Source: Wolbachia endosymbiont strain TRS of Brugia malayi
GTDB lineage: Bacteria; Pseudomonadota; Alphaproteobacteria; Rickettsiales; Anaplasmataceae
DNA: 32,000 bases
Assembly (NCBI RefSeq): GCF_000008385.1
Contig: NC_006833.1
Span: 780,001-812,000 of the forward strand
Direction of reading: 5' to 3'
Shown here: positions 20,227 through 29,814 of the stretch, one piece after another
Layout of the letters: each line of letters begins with the position of its first letter
Numbering within the stretch: the first letter of the stretch is position 1
Translations under genes and position numbers: made by a program
The notes under the pieces: model-generated
What the model was told of the DNA's origin: nothing
Databases searched by the model: none
Seen by the model: only the letters and a program-made list of their open reading frames with translations

Positions 20227-22260
20227 ATGCATAGATATGACGTAGTGGTAGTAGGTGGTGGCCATGCAGGATGCGAAGCAGCTGCGGCTGCAGCTCGCCT
20301 TGGTGCAAGTACGTTACTTATAACCCATAAAATTTCAACTATAGGAGAAATGTCTTGCAATCCAGCAATTGGAGGAGTTGCAAAGGGTATTGTAGTCAGA
20401 GAAGTTGATGCTCTTGACGGAATAATGGGAAGAGCAATCGATCAAGCAAGCATACATTCAGTCATTTTAAATAGCAGCAGGGGCGCAGCAGTGTGGGGGC
20501 CGAGGGCACAGGCAGACCGAAAATTATACAAGAAAGCGATACAGGAAATTATTTTAAATCATGACAATTTGACAGTAAAAGAAGAGTCAGTGGATGATTT
20601 TCTGATCGAAAGTAATAGCAATGGAGAACCTTACATTAAAGCTATCATAACAAGCTCAGGAAAACAGATACTAACAAGCAAAGTTGTTTTAACTACGGGA
20701 ACTTTTCTGCAAGGTATGGTTCATATAGGAGAACAAACAACCCCTTCAGGAAGAATGGGAGATAAATCTGCAGTGGAACTTGCAAATACATTGAAGAAGT
20801 ATGATTTTAAATTAGGCAGATTGCGTACCGGAACCCCGCCGAGGCTTGATCGTAGTACTATAAACTGGTCAATATTAGAAGAGCAAGTAGGTAATAATCC
20901 ACCCATGCCGTTCTCTTACCTCACAGAAAAAATTAATCAACCTCAAGTTTCATGTTTCATTACCTATACTAATGAGAATACACACAGAATAATCCAAGCG
21001 AATCTTCACAGGTCAGCTTCTTCTTATCTAAATGACATTGTTGCACCAAGATACTGTCCATCAATTGAAGCTAAAGTTAAAAAATTTGCAGAAAAAAATA
21101 GTCACCAAATATTTTTAGAACCAGAAGGACTTGATAATATTACTGTGTACCCAAATGGAATTTCAAATTCATTGCCTATCGAAGTGCAGCGTGAAATGAT
21201 AAACAGTATCAAAGGGCTTGAAAACGCAGAGATATTAAGACCTGGATATGCGGTTGAGTATGATTACATTGACCCACGAGAGCTATTTCATACTCTCGAA
21301 ACTAAGAAAGTTAAAGGCCTATATTTCGCTGGCCAAATTAATGGTACTACTGGATATGAAGAAGCAGCAGGGCAAGGAATTATCGCCGGAATCAATGCAG
21401 CACTCTCTGCATCTCAAAAAAAAGAAAGTTTTGTTCTCCATCGCACAGATTCATATATCGGCGTAATGATAGATGATCTGGTCACTAAAGGAGTGACCGA
21501 GCCTTATAGGTTATTTACTTCACGTGCAGAATATAGGCTAGCAATTAGATCAGATAATGCAGATAGAAGATTAACGCAAAAAGGTTATAACATCTCTCTT
21601 GTATCATATAAAAGATACTCTGCTTTACAAAATAAACTTAAATCCATTAAGCAGCTTGAAGAGAAGTTAGAAAGTCTGAAAATTACTCCTGAGCAGCTTA
21701 GGTTTTGTGGTATTAAAATATCTCATGATGGAATAAGAAAAACAGCATTAGATCTACTTAGCTACCCAAATATCGATTGGAACAAATTACAAGAAATATG
21801 GCCAGAGTTAACTAATGTTACACGCTGGAATGACAACAAAGCGGATCAAACTGTCATTCAAGTAGTTGACACTAGAATCCAGAAAAAAAATGCAGATTCT
21901 AGTGTCACGCGCTGGAATGACAAAACAGGGTACTGGAATGATAGTAAAACAACGAGCAACACAATTAAAAATGAAATATGTGAAGCAGTTGCAATTGAAG
22001 CAAAATACAAACCTTATTTAGTAAGACAAGAAGCAGATATGAAGTTTTTACGAGAGGAAATGAATACTCAAATTCCAACCAATTTCAACTATTCACAAAT
22101 TAAAGGCCTGTCAAGTGAAGTAATAGAAAAATTGCAGGCAATTAAACCAGCAACGATTGGCATTGCAAAGCAAATACAAGGCATCACTCCAGCAGCAATA
22201 GTTAGCATATTGGTGTATTTAAGAAATAGGAAAACGAAGGTAGCTGCTAATTCTGCGTAA
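20227..22260 (+). CDS. mnmG: tRNA uridine-5-carboxymethylaminomethyl modification enzyme MnmG (GidA)
   Basis: [56 protein letters not shown]. Carries an in-frame insertion at about 21818-21957. Confidence 0.97.
   Translation: MHRYDVVVVGGGHAGCEAAAAAARLGASTLLITHKISTIGEMSCNPAIGGVAKGIVVREVDALDGIMGRAIDQASIHSVILNSSRGAAVWGPRAQADRKLYKKAIQEIILNHDNLTVKEESVDDFLIESNSNGEPYIKAIITSSGKQILTSKVVLTTGTFLQGMVHIGEQTTPSGRMGDKSAVELANTLKKYDFKLGRLRTGTPPRLDRSTINWSILEEQVGNNPPMPFSYLTEKINQPQVSCFITYTNENTHRIIQANLHRSASSYLNDIVAPRYCPSIEAKVKKFAEKNSHQIFLEPEGLDNITVYPNGISNSLPIEVQREMINSIKGLENAEILRPGYAVEYDYIDPRELFHTLETKKVKGLYFAGQINGTTGYEEAAGQGIIAGINAALSASQKKESFVLHRTDSYIGVMIDDLVTKGVTEPYRLFTSRAEYRLAIRSDNADRRLTQKGYNISLVSYKRYSALQNKLKSIKQLEEKLESLKITPEQLRFCGIKISHDGIRKTALDLLSYPNIDWNKLQEIWPELTNVTRWNDNKADQTVIQVVDTRIQKKNADSSVTRWNDKTGYWNDSKTTSNTIKNEICEAVAIEAKYKPYLVRQEADMKFLREEMNTQIPTNFNYSQIKGLSSEVIEKLQAIKPATIGIAKQIQGITPAAIVSILVYLRNRKTKVAANSA
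21818..21957 (+). repeat. Palindromic-type repeat insertion inside mnmG
   Basis: GTCATTC 21853-21859 / GAATGAC 21915-21921, and TGACACTAGAATC 21867-21879 / GATTCTAGTGTCA 21895-21907, form perfect nested inverted arms. Flanked by further CGCTGGAATGACAA copies. Encodes [44 protein letters not shown]. Confidence 0.88.
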
Positions 22261-22268
22261 GGTATTCT

Positions 22269-23936
22269 ATGTCAAAAATCGAAGAGTTTCGTTCTTTTAT
22301 GTGTGAAATAAAAGTTGATGCATTTATGTTGCATACCAAAGACGAATATTTAAATGGACATTCAGACGAATTAACTAAATTGTGTGGCTTTACGGGAACA
22401 CATGGGCTACTTATCGTTACAAAAGACAACAAGTGCCCATTTTTTACGGATGGACGCTATATCACACAAGCTCGCAATCAGCTCGACCAGGACAATTTTC
22501 AAGTACATAATATACAAGAAGAGAATCCATACGAATGGGTAAAAGCAAACTTAACATTGACTACCTCACTAGGTTACTACTTGCAATATTTTACCGTAAA
22601 AGAGATAAGAAAATATGAAGATATTTGTAAATTGGTACCATATTCAATTAAAAAAGAGATTAGCCGTAGAAAACAAACGATAGTTTCGCATGCAGTTGAG
22701 CATTCCGGTGAAAGTAGTAAGAGTAAATGTGAAAAAGTAGCTAAAAGCATAAATAAAGAAGCTGAAGCAGTACTTTTAACTGATTCAAATTCAATTTCAT
22801 GGTTATTAAATCTAAGAAATGAAAATGCTAAATATACTCCATGTATATTGGGCTGTGCTATATTGTACAAGAACGGCAATGTTGACTTGTTTATTCAAGA
22901 TAAAGAATACTCGACCATAGAAGCAAATTTAGGTAATCATACAAACATCTTTGATATTAGTAAACTCAAAAGTTCACTATGCAAGATAAATTCAATAATT
23001 ATAGATCCAAACACAACTCCGATGAGTATTATGGCTATAATAAAAAATAAGCAGATAGTTGAAAGGGAGGACCCTTGCTTGATTTACAAAGCAGTAAAAA
23101 ACCAAACTGAAATAGCTGGAGCTATAAAAGCACACACCAGAGATGGAATAGCAGTTACAAATTTTCTACATTGGCTTGAAAATAATACCAGTACAGAACT
23201 TGAAGCCGAAGAAAAGATTTTAGAATATAGAAAAGAGCAGGATTTGTTCAAACAAGCGAGTTTTCCAACAATCTCCGCATTTAATGAAAATGGAGCAATA
23301 ATCCACTATCGTGCAAGCAGTGAGACAAACAAAGTCATTCAGAAAGATGGATTATATTTGATTGATTCTGGTGGCGAATACCTTGATGGCACAACCGATG
23401 TAACAAGAACTATAGCAATTGGCAATCCAACTAATGAACAAATAACTCACTATACAATAGTATTGAAAGCTCACATCGCTTTAGCAAGTGCAGTCTTTCC
23501 TTCCGGCACTACCGGTGGAGAATTAGATACACTGGCACGCATTCACTTATGGAAATTTGGAATAGATTATATGCATGGCACAGGGCATGGGGTAGGAAGC
23601 TATTTATCAGTACACGAAGGGCCACAATCAATATCAAAAGGAAATAAAGTAAAACTCATGCCAGGGATGATACTTTCCAATGAACCTGGTTATTACATTC
23701 CAGAAAAGTATGGAATAAGAATTGAAAATCTGATGTATGTTGACAAGCAAGAAAATGGTTTTTTAAGCTTTAAACAACTGACCTCCATTCCATATGATAG
23801 AGGGCTAATAGATGTGCAAATGCTCACTAAAGATGAAATTGAATGGATAAATAGCTATCACCAATTTGTCTATAAGAGCTTAGAAAATAGTGTTAAAAAT
23901 AAGGAATGGTTAAAGAAAATATGTGCTTCTTTATAA
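22269..23936 (+). CDS. Xaa-Pro aminopeptidase, M24 family
   Basis: TDGRYITQA, IFLHW-type creatinase region, GLYLIDSGGEYLDGTTDVTRTI, GTGHGVGSYLSVHEGPQ, GMILSNEPGYY metal-binding motifs. Confidence 0.93.
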   Translation: MSKIEEFRSFMCEIKVDAFMLHTKDEYLNGHSDELTKLCGFTGTHGLLIVTKDNKCPFFTDGRYITQARNQLDQDNFQVHNIQEENPYEWVKANLTLTTSLGYYLQYFTVKEIRKYEDICKLVPYSIKKEISRRKQTIVSHAVEHSGESSKSKCEKVAKSINKEAEAVLLTDSNSISWLLNLRNENAKYTPCILGCAILYKNGNVDLFIQDKEYSTIEANLGNHTNIFDISKLKSSLCKINSIIIDPNTTPMSIMAIIKNKQIVEREDPCLIYKAVKNQTEIAGAIKAHTRDGIAVTNFLHWLENNTSTELEAEEKILEYRKEQDLFKQASFPTISAFNENGAIIHYRASSETNKVIQKDGLYLIDSGGEYLDGTTDVTRTIAIGNPTNEQITHYTIVLKAHIALASAVFPSGTTGGELDTLARIHLWKFGIDYMHGTGHGVGSYLSVHEGPQSISKGNKVKLMPGMILSNEPGYYIPEKYGIRIENLMYVDKQENGFLSFKQLTSIPYDRGLIDVQMLTKDEIEWINSYHQFVYKSLENSVKNKEWLKKICASL

Positions 23937-24059
23937 GCAAAAGAGCAGCTTTTCTATTATTTAATAAAATATTAATACAGTTGTAGTGGGTGTTTTGTAT
24001 TGCTTTTAATTTAAAAACAATATATAATAGAAAACATATATTTTTAAGTAGGTGTAATC

Positions 24060-24428
24060 ATGATGGATAAAGTACAAGAAGATGAATTTATGAAGCAATA
24101 TATGGATAGTTGTAAAGAGCAAATAGAAAAATTAGCTAAGGATCCTGAATTACTTAATCAGGCCTTAAAGCCATTTATGCAAATGTCCCAGCAACTTATG
24201 GCTGGTGGTATGTTAGATACTTCTACACCTGAGATAGTATCTAATTTAGGTAGTATGGATATTAACAAGATGATTGCTCAGATGAAGGAAATGATTGACT
24301 ATATAAAAAGTAATTATAAGGAACTCATGAAAAAGGATAGCTTGCAGATTCAAGAGCTTGACGAGTCCAGTAAAAAACTAAGAGGATTGGTTAAGAAATT
24401 AATGGAAAAGATCGAAAGTAACAAGTAG
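24060..24428 (+). CDS. Hypothetical protein, small, charged, mostly helical
   Basis: Intact 122 aa ORF in a clean intergenic context. No family recognised. Confidence 0.6.
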   Translation: MMDKVQEDEFMKQYMDSCKEQIEKLAKDPELLNQALKPFMQMSQQLMAGGMLDTSTPEIVSNLGSMDINKMIAQMKEMIDYIKSNYKELMKKDSLQIQELDESSKKLRGLVKKLMEKIESNK

Positions 24429-24445
24429 GTAGTAGTTGGTAGTTA

Positions 24446-25426
24446 TTAATAGCGTAGCAGCACGGAGCCCCAGGTTAAGCCTGCACCTATTGCAACCAGT
24501 ATCCCCAAGCTTCCCGGTTTTATTTTCGGTTTTTGTATTGCATAATCAAGTGCTAGTGGAATTGATGCTGCTGAGGTATTTGCATGTTGATCAACTGTAT
24601 TAATTACTTTCTCCATAAGGAAATTTAATTTCTTTACTACAGCTTCAATAATACGAATGTTTGCTTGATGGGGAACTAACCAGTCAATATCAGTGATCTT
24701 CAAATTATTGCATCTTAATGTTTCTTCTATTGAGGCTGTTAACTTATCCACTGCATGCTTAAACACTTCTCTACCATTCATGTATATTTTTCCAGAATCA
24801 CCAGTTGAGGATATCCCTCCTTTTGTGCATAACACGTCTACATTACCATCAGAATATAAGTTGGTTGATATTATACCTCTTGTGGAATTTTCTGTCATTT
24901 CATTACAATGTGCTGTAGATTTCATTATAACTGCACCAGCACCATCACCAAACAGTACACAAGTTGACCTATCTTTCCAATCAACAATTCTAGACATTAT
25001 TTCAGCACCTATCACTAATGCATACTTAATTCTATCGTTAGATTTTATGAGCGAATCAGCAATTGTAACTGCATATATAAAACCAGAGCATGCTGCCTGT
25101 ACATCAAAAGAAAATGCGTTTTTACATTTTAACTTATTTTGCGCAATCGTTGCACAGCTAGGCAAAGTTTTATCAGGCGTTGTTGTTGCAACTATGATTA
25201 ACCCAATTTCATCCACTGAAATTTGAGCTTTTTCTATAGCATTTTTTGCCGAATTAACAGCTAGATCCGACGTTAACTCTGCTTCATCTGCTATATACCT
25301 TTGAGTTATTCCTGTTCTCTGTCTAATCCATTCATCACTTGTCTCAACCATTAATGCAATCTCATCGTTGCCCAACTTTTTTTTTGGCAGGTAAGATCCA
25401 GTGCTTAATATAAAACTTTTATTCAA
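24446..25426 (-). CDS. fabH: 3-oxoacyl-ACP synthase III
   Basis: IQVDVQAACSGFIYA-type active site (FDVQAACSGFIYAVTIAD), DWLVPHQANIRII, GSLGILVAIGAGLTWGSVLLRY. Confidence 0.96.
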   Translation of the reverse strand: MNKSFILSTGSYLPKKKLGNDEIALMVETSDEWIRQRTGITQRYIADEAELTSDLAVNSAKNAIEKAQISVDEIGLIIVATTTPDKTLPSCATIAQNKLKCKNAFSFDVQAACSGFIYAVTIADSLIKSNDRIKYALVIGAEIMSRIVDWKDRSTCVLFGDGAGAVIMKSTAHCNEMTENSTRGIISTNLYSDGNVDVLCTKGGISSTGDSGKIYMNGREVFKHAVDKLTASIEETLRCNNLKITDIDWLVPHQANIRIIEAVVKKLNFLMEKVINTVDQHANTSAASIPLALDYAIQKPKIKPGSLGILVAIGAGLTWGSVLLRY

Positions 25427-26519
25427 CTTGATTTACCTCACTAATTATCTTCTGGTTTAAATTTTCATTAATGGAATTTACTGCAAATTTTATAGCATGG
25501 GCAAAAGAAACAGCATCAGAATTTCCATGGCTCTTAATGACAATACCATTCAGCCCTAAAAACATAGCTCCACTTCTAATTTTAGGATTAAAACGCATTA
25601 ATACCTTATTTAGCTTGGATTTTAACAATATACCAACAAGCATTTTTGTTGCCCATGAGTTGAACATTTCCTGTTTTATTAGGTCGATAAAAGTGCTAGC
25701 AGTTGCCTCAGCTGTTTTAAGCATCACATTGCCAACAAAACCATCAGCAACAATTACATCTATATTACCCTCTAAAAATTCACTTGCCTCTATATACCCT
25801 TTGAAATTAATGTTTGGAGCACTTTTTAGTAGCTTAAAAGCACCACGTACTGAGTCATTACCTTTAACCTCTTCTGTACCAATGTTTAGCAAAGCAACTT
25901 CAGGATTGTCAACTTTTAATGCTATTTTTGCAAACATGCTTCCCATTAACGCAAATTGAAATAACGAGTCAACATTGCAATCAACATTTGCACCAAGATC
26001 GAGCAATGCAAAGCTCTTTGCCTTAGTTGGACAGACGGATACTATAGCAGGACGATAAACGTTTGGTAATGTTCCTAAAATAAACCTGGAAATTGCCATC
26101 AACGCTCCCGTATTACCTGAAGATACCATACCAGAAGCTTTACCTTTTTTCACTGCTTCAATGGCAGCCTTCATACTTGAATCTTTACGATGTCTCAGTG
26201 CAAAAGACGGCTTATCATTTGCAAGAACATTATTAGAGTAGTGAGTAAACTCAGAATTATCACTTACTTTTCTATATTTTAAAAGCAAAGGAGATATTTC
26301 TTTCTGATCTCCATAAATATGGAAAAAAACCTTTATGCCTGGATCAACAAGATTATCCAAAAAAAAACCAGCACCTTGAATCACCGAGAGAGGTGCAAAA
26401 TCACCCCCCATAGCGTCAAGTGCAATGACTATGTTATTGTTAACCGTAGGTAACATATCATGATAATTATTCTGCCTGTTGTTTGATGAAAACCCGTTTT
26501 CCTTTGTAGCTGCCATCAA
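25419..26519 (-). CDS. plsX: Phosphate acyltransferase PlsX
   Basis: VIALDAMGGDFAP, GMVSSGNTGALMA, LDLGANVD, IVADGFVGNVMLKTAE. The start may be internal (MLPTVNNNIVIALDAMGGD). Confidence 0.95.
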   Translation of the reverse strand: MMAATKENGFSSNNRQNNYHDMLPTVNNNIVIALDAMGGDFAPLSVIQGAGFFLDNLVDPGIKVFFHIYGDQKEISPLLLKYRKVSDNSEFTHYSNNVLANDKPSFALRHRKDSSMKAAIEAVKKGKASGMVSSGNTGALMAISRFILGTLPNVYRPAIVSVCPTKAKSFALLDLGANVDCNVDSLFQFALMGSMFAKIALKVDNPEVALLNIGTEEVKGNDSVRGAFKLLKSAPNINFKGYIEASEFLEGNIDVIVADGFVGNVMLKTAEATASTFIDLIKQEMFNSWATKMLVGILLKSKLNKVLMRFNPKIRSGAMFLGLNGIVIKSHGNSDAVSFAHAIKFAVNSINENLNQKIISEVNQVE

Positions 26520-26649
26520 CTGCTATACTGTGAGGCAGCATAAATTCCCCAGTTGTTGTGCATACTACAATATTCTTAGGCTTAATAGCATGATGAGAAC
26601 GATGCATATTACGCCTTGACTTTGACTTTTTTCTTTTTGGAACTGCCAA
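26467..26649 (-). CDS. rpmF: Ribosomal protein L32
   Basis: AVPKRKKSKSRRNMHRSHHAIKP is L32. A TTG start at 26649 lies just downstream of a GGAGG ribosome-binding site. The provided ORF extends further upstream, probably spuriously. Confidence 0.9.
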   Translation of the reverse strand: MAVPKRKKSKSRRNMHRSHHAIKPKNIVVCTTTGEFMLPHSIAVDGSYKGKRVFIKQQAE

Positions 26650-26890
26650 AACTTCCTCCATTCTACTTGAAAACTCACAATTTATTAATAGCATGTTTTT
26701 TACAAAAAGTAAACAGTGATAGTAAAATAAGTAAGGTTTGTTTAGACAATTAAACTCCATAAGTTTCAAACTAAAGCATTTTGACCTAAGTGTATTGAAC
26801 TTAAGGCACGTCTTAGCTATACTCTGCAATGAAGTTAACAAAAATTTTAACAAAATCAATAAAACTAATTTCAGCTGAGACAAATGCAAA

Positions 26891-27673
26891 GTGAGCTCGT
26901 TTGATATAAATGGTATTAGAATAATTGGTAGGTGCTTCATCAAGCTCTTGTTGAGGCTTGGTAGCGCATTCATATTTTTTATTCAATCCCTATATCACTG
27001 CTTTGTGCCACCATATTATTTGGGTAATATAGCAAAGCAAATCATAGAAATAGGCTTTTTTTCTCTGCCAATTGTTGGACTCACAGGGATTTTTATAGGG
27101 GCAGTGATAGTTTTGCAAAGTAGTCTGAGTGGCCCGTTGATCAGTCCAGAACAAATAATACCTAAACTTGTCACGGTCACCATTATTAAAGAGTTAGGAC
27201 CAGTTTTAATTAGTTTAATAATGGTAGGAAAGGTCGGATCATCAATTGCTGCAGAAATTGGCACGATGCGTATCACTGAACAAATAGATGCACTTACAAC
27301 TTTGAATATCAATCCTTTCAAATATTTAATTGCACCAAGGATTTTAGCATCAGTTATAGTATTTCCCATATTCACAATATGCGCAGATCTAATAGGAATA
27401 TTCGGGGGATACATCACTGCAGTTTTCAAATTTAATCATAACCTAAATATATATATTAAATACACAACTCAATTCTTTAACATGTATAATTTTATCACTG
27501 GGTTAATAAAAGCAACTGCTTTTGGCGCTATAATTTCCGTCTCAAGCTGCTATTACGGTTACCATTGCCAGGAAGGAGCCCGAGGAGTTAGTATTGCTAC
27601 AACATCAACTGTTGTTCTATCATCTATACTGATCATTCTAGCAAACTATATGATTACTTTGATCCATGCATAG
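26891..27673 (+). CDS. mlaE: ABC transporter permease, MlaE family
   Basis: ITVTIIKELGPVLISLIMVGKVGSSIAAEIGTMRITEQIDALTTLNINPFKYLIAPR. Confidence 0.92.
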   Translation: MSSFDINGIRIIGRCFIKLLLRLGSAFIFFIQSLYHCFVPPYYLGNIAKQIIEIGFFSLPIVGLTGIFIGAVIVLQSSLSGPLISPEQIIPKLVTVTIIKELGPVLISLIMVGKVGSSIAAEIGTMRITEQIDALTTLNINPFKYLIAPRILASVIVFPIFTICADLIGIFGGYITAVFKFNHNLNIYIKYTTQFFNMYNFITGLIKATAFGAIISVSSCYYGYHCQEGARGVSIATTSTVVLSSILIILANYMITLIHA

Positions 27674-28376
27674 CCCCATAATATCAATATCAAATTTGCA
27701 CCTATCTTTTAATGATAAGATAATACTGAACGACATAAGTCTTGACATATTGAAAGGGGAATCACTAGTTATACTCGGCAGCTCAGGAAGCGGTAAATCT
27801 GTACTAACAAAAACGATTATTGGCCTGCTGGCACCGGATTCAGGGTCTATTAAAATAAATAGCAAAAGTAAAAACAAATTTGGGGTTTTATTTCAAAATT
27901 CCGCTCTATTTGACTATGTTGCAGTATGGGAAAATATATCTTTTAATTATAGAAAACGTTTCAATATCAGCAAAAAGGAGGCAAAGCAATTAGCAATTGA
28001 AAAATTAAATGATGTCGGGTTAGAGAAAAACATAGCAGATATGTTTCCAATAGAGTTATCAGGTGGAATGAAGAAAAGGGTAGCACTTGCAAGAGCAATT
28101 GCACACAACCCAGAAATTATTATGTTGGATGAACCAACTTCGGGATTAGATCCTATCATGTCAGATATAGTAAAAGAAACAATAGTAAAGCTGTCTAAAG
28201 ACCCTAGCCCTACAATTATCACAATCACACACGATATTCATGACGCATTCAAAATAGCTGATAAAATAGCAGTATTATATGAAGGAAGCATTATTTCTCA
28301 TGGAACTGTTCAAGAAATAAAAAATACTAAGAATGAATACATAAAGAAATTTATTCGCTATGTAGGTACAAAATAA
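27666..28376 (+). CDS. mlaF: ABC transporter ATP-binding protein, MlaF family
   Basis: Walker A GSSGSGKS, signature ELSGGMKKRVALARAIA, Walker B IIMLDEPTSGLDP. Overlaps mlaE by 8 nt. Confidence 0.93.
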   Translation: MHSPIISISNLHLSFNDKIILNDISLDILKGESLVILGSSGSGKSVLTKTIIGLLAPDSGSIKINSKSKNKFGVLFQNSALFDYVAVWENISFNYRKRFNISKKEAKQLAIEKLNDVGLEKNIADMFPIELSGGMKKRVALARAIAHNPEIIMLDEPTSGLDPIMSDIVKETIVKLSKDPSPTIITITHDIHDAFKIADKIAVLYEGSIISHGTVQEIKNTKNEYIKKFIRYVGTK

Positions 28377-28397
28377 TAAAATCCCCTGCCTTATCTC

Positions 28398-28784
28398 TTA
28401 CTTTCGAGGCATATAATTCTCGTCATGTTTTGCAAAAACCGTCTCTGCCAAAAAGGTATTGCCATCAAACATTTTACCTTGCACAACAACACCACTTTTT
28501 TCTGAGAACATTGGAGGGAGTATTCCCTGATATTTTATCACAATGCTCTTGTTAAAGTCTGTCATTTGAAAGACCACTTCACTCTCACTACGTATTACAC
28601 TATCCTCAACAACCATTCCACCTATACGGATTGGTTTTTGATTGTTTGATAAAGTTATTGCTTCGCTTACTGTGTAAAAAAATGAGATATTTTCTCTGAG
28701 TATTGTTAAAATAAAGAAAACTATGCAATTTAAAAAGAAGAAAATTCCCGAAGCTACAAGTAATCGCTTATGTTTCTTCTTCAT
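28398..28784 (-). CDS. ccmE: Cytochrome c-type biogenesis protein CcmE
   Basis: PIRIGGMVVEDSV, VVFQMTDF, YQGILPPMFSEKSGVVVQGK, and AETVFAKHDENYMP heme-binding motif. Confidence 0.94.
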   Translation of the reverse strand: MKKKHKRLLVASGIFFFLNCIVFFILTILRENISFFYTVSEAITLSNNQKPIRIGGMVVEDSVIRSESEVVFQMTDFNKSIVIKYQGILPPMFSEKSGVVVQGKMFDGNTFLAETVFAKHDENYMPRK

Positions 28785-28901
28785 TATTATTTTTAAAACC
28801 TTCTAAATTCTTTTTACTTTTAATATAGCAAGAAATGGTAAAAATCAGCTCTCCAGCAATCAATGCAAAACTAATAAGGTAAGCAAAAATTACATATGTA
28901 C

Positions 28902-29813
28902 TCATAATATATTATTAACAAATAACTCACCTGCATCAAAATAAATTAAGCTTCCATCTTTTTGTTGCAATACTAATCTACCACCTTTATCTATATCAAT
29001 AAAAATCCCCTCATGCAATTTACTAGCAAACTTTACACTGATTTGTTCATTCATTTTGAATGCCCTTTTCAACCACATTTCTCTTATAGCACAAAACCCA
29101 TCGAGTATCCACTGCTTTCTTAAATTATTAAAGTTTGTTACTAATTCTTTTAGAATATATATGTTTTGTAGAATCATTCTAGCATGTGACATCGGAACCT
29201 GCATCTGTATTTTAGTGTCAGTTACTGGAACAACAGAAGATGAAAGAAGTTTATTAATGCACGTTGCTTCCAAAAGTGGTGCGTGATCAATGTTAATTCC
29301 AATTCCTATTACCAGCCAATTTGAATTAGATTTTTTTTCAAGTAATATTCCACTTATTTTTTTTCCATCAACAAAGATATCATTTGGCCATTTATATTGA
29401 ACGTTACTATCATTTATAAATGATAGTAACGTATTGCCAACAGCAAGAGCAGTAACAAAAGTCAATTCTGTTAATTTGCTTAAACTTTCTCTGTCATTCC
29501 AGCACTGGATTTTAGCGTCATGTGCTGGAATAACATCCAAGTGGGCTGCTACAGCTAACCTGCTATCCCAGTGTGTGATACTGGAACCTAGTGATGTAAT
29601 TTGCAAGAGATTTATGATAAAACTTGCATAAAAATTACCCTCGGGAGAAATCCAATTCTTTCCAGTGCGCCCCCTACCTTCTGTTTGTTTATCAGCAATA
29701 ATAACAGTTTCATTTGATATTCCTCTATCAATCAAATCCAACGCTTTTCCATTAGTGCTTGAAACTTCTTCATAATGATAAATATGAAAGCCCTCGAATG
29801 TTTTAGGGGTCAT
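28902..29813 (-). CDS. birA: Biotin--[acetyl-CoA-carboxylase] ligase
   Basis: EQTEGRGRTGKNWISPEGNFYASF-type motif (KQTEGRGRTGKNWISPEGNFYAS), VQYKWPNDIFVDGKKISGILLEK, VIGIGINI. Contains extra in-frame sequence. Confidence 0.92.
   Translation of the reverse strand: MTPKTFEGFHIYHYEEVSSTNGKALDLIDRGISNETVIIADKQTEGRGRTGKNWISPEGNFYASFIINLLQITSLGSSITHWDSRLAVAAHLDVIPAHDAKIQCWNDRESLSKLTELTFVTALAVGNTLLSFINDSNVQYKWPNDIFVDGKKISGILLEKKSNSNWLVIGIGINIDHAPLLEATCINKLLSSSVVPVTDTKIQMQVPMSHARMILQNIYILKELVTNFNNLRKQWILDGFCAIREMWLKRAFKMNEQISVKFASKLHEGIFIDIDKGGRLVLQQKDGSLIYFDAGELFVNNIL
29491..29595 (-). repeat. Palindromic-type repeat insertion inside birA
   Basis: GTCATTCCAGCAC 29493-29505 and GTGCTGGAATAAC 29522-29534 form a 12/13 inverted repeat, followed by a CCCAGTGTGTGATACTGG unit. 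Encodes LGSSITHWDSRLAVAAHLDVIPAHDAKIQCWNDRE between conserved BirA segments. Confidence 0.82.
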
Positions 29814-29814
29814 T

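Noticed and set aside
24693-25226. 177 aa antisense ORF inside fabH
   Set aside because: Overlaps conserved FabH coding sequence and has no domain signature.
25471-25959. 162 aa antisense ORF inside plsX
   Set aside because: Artefact of codon composition opposite PlsX.
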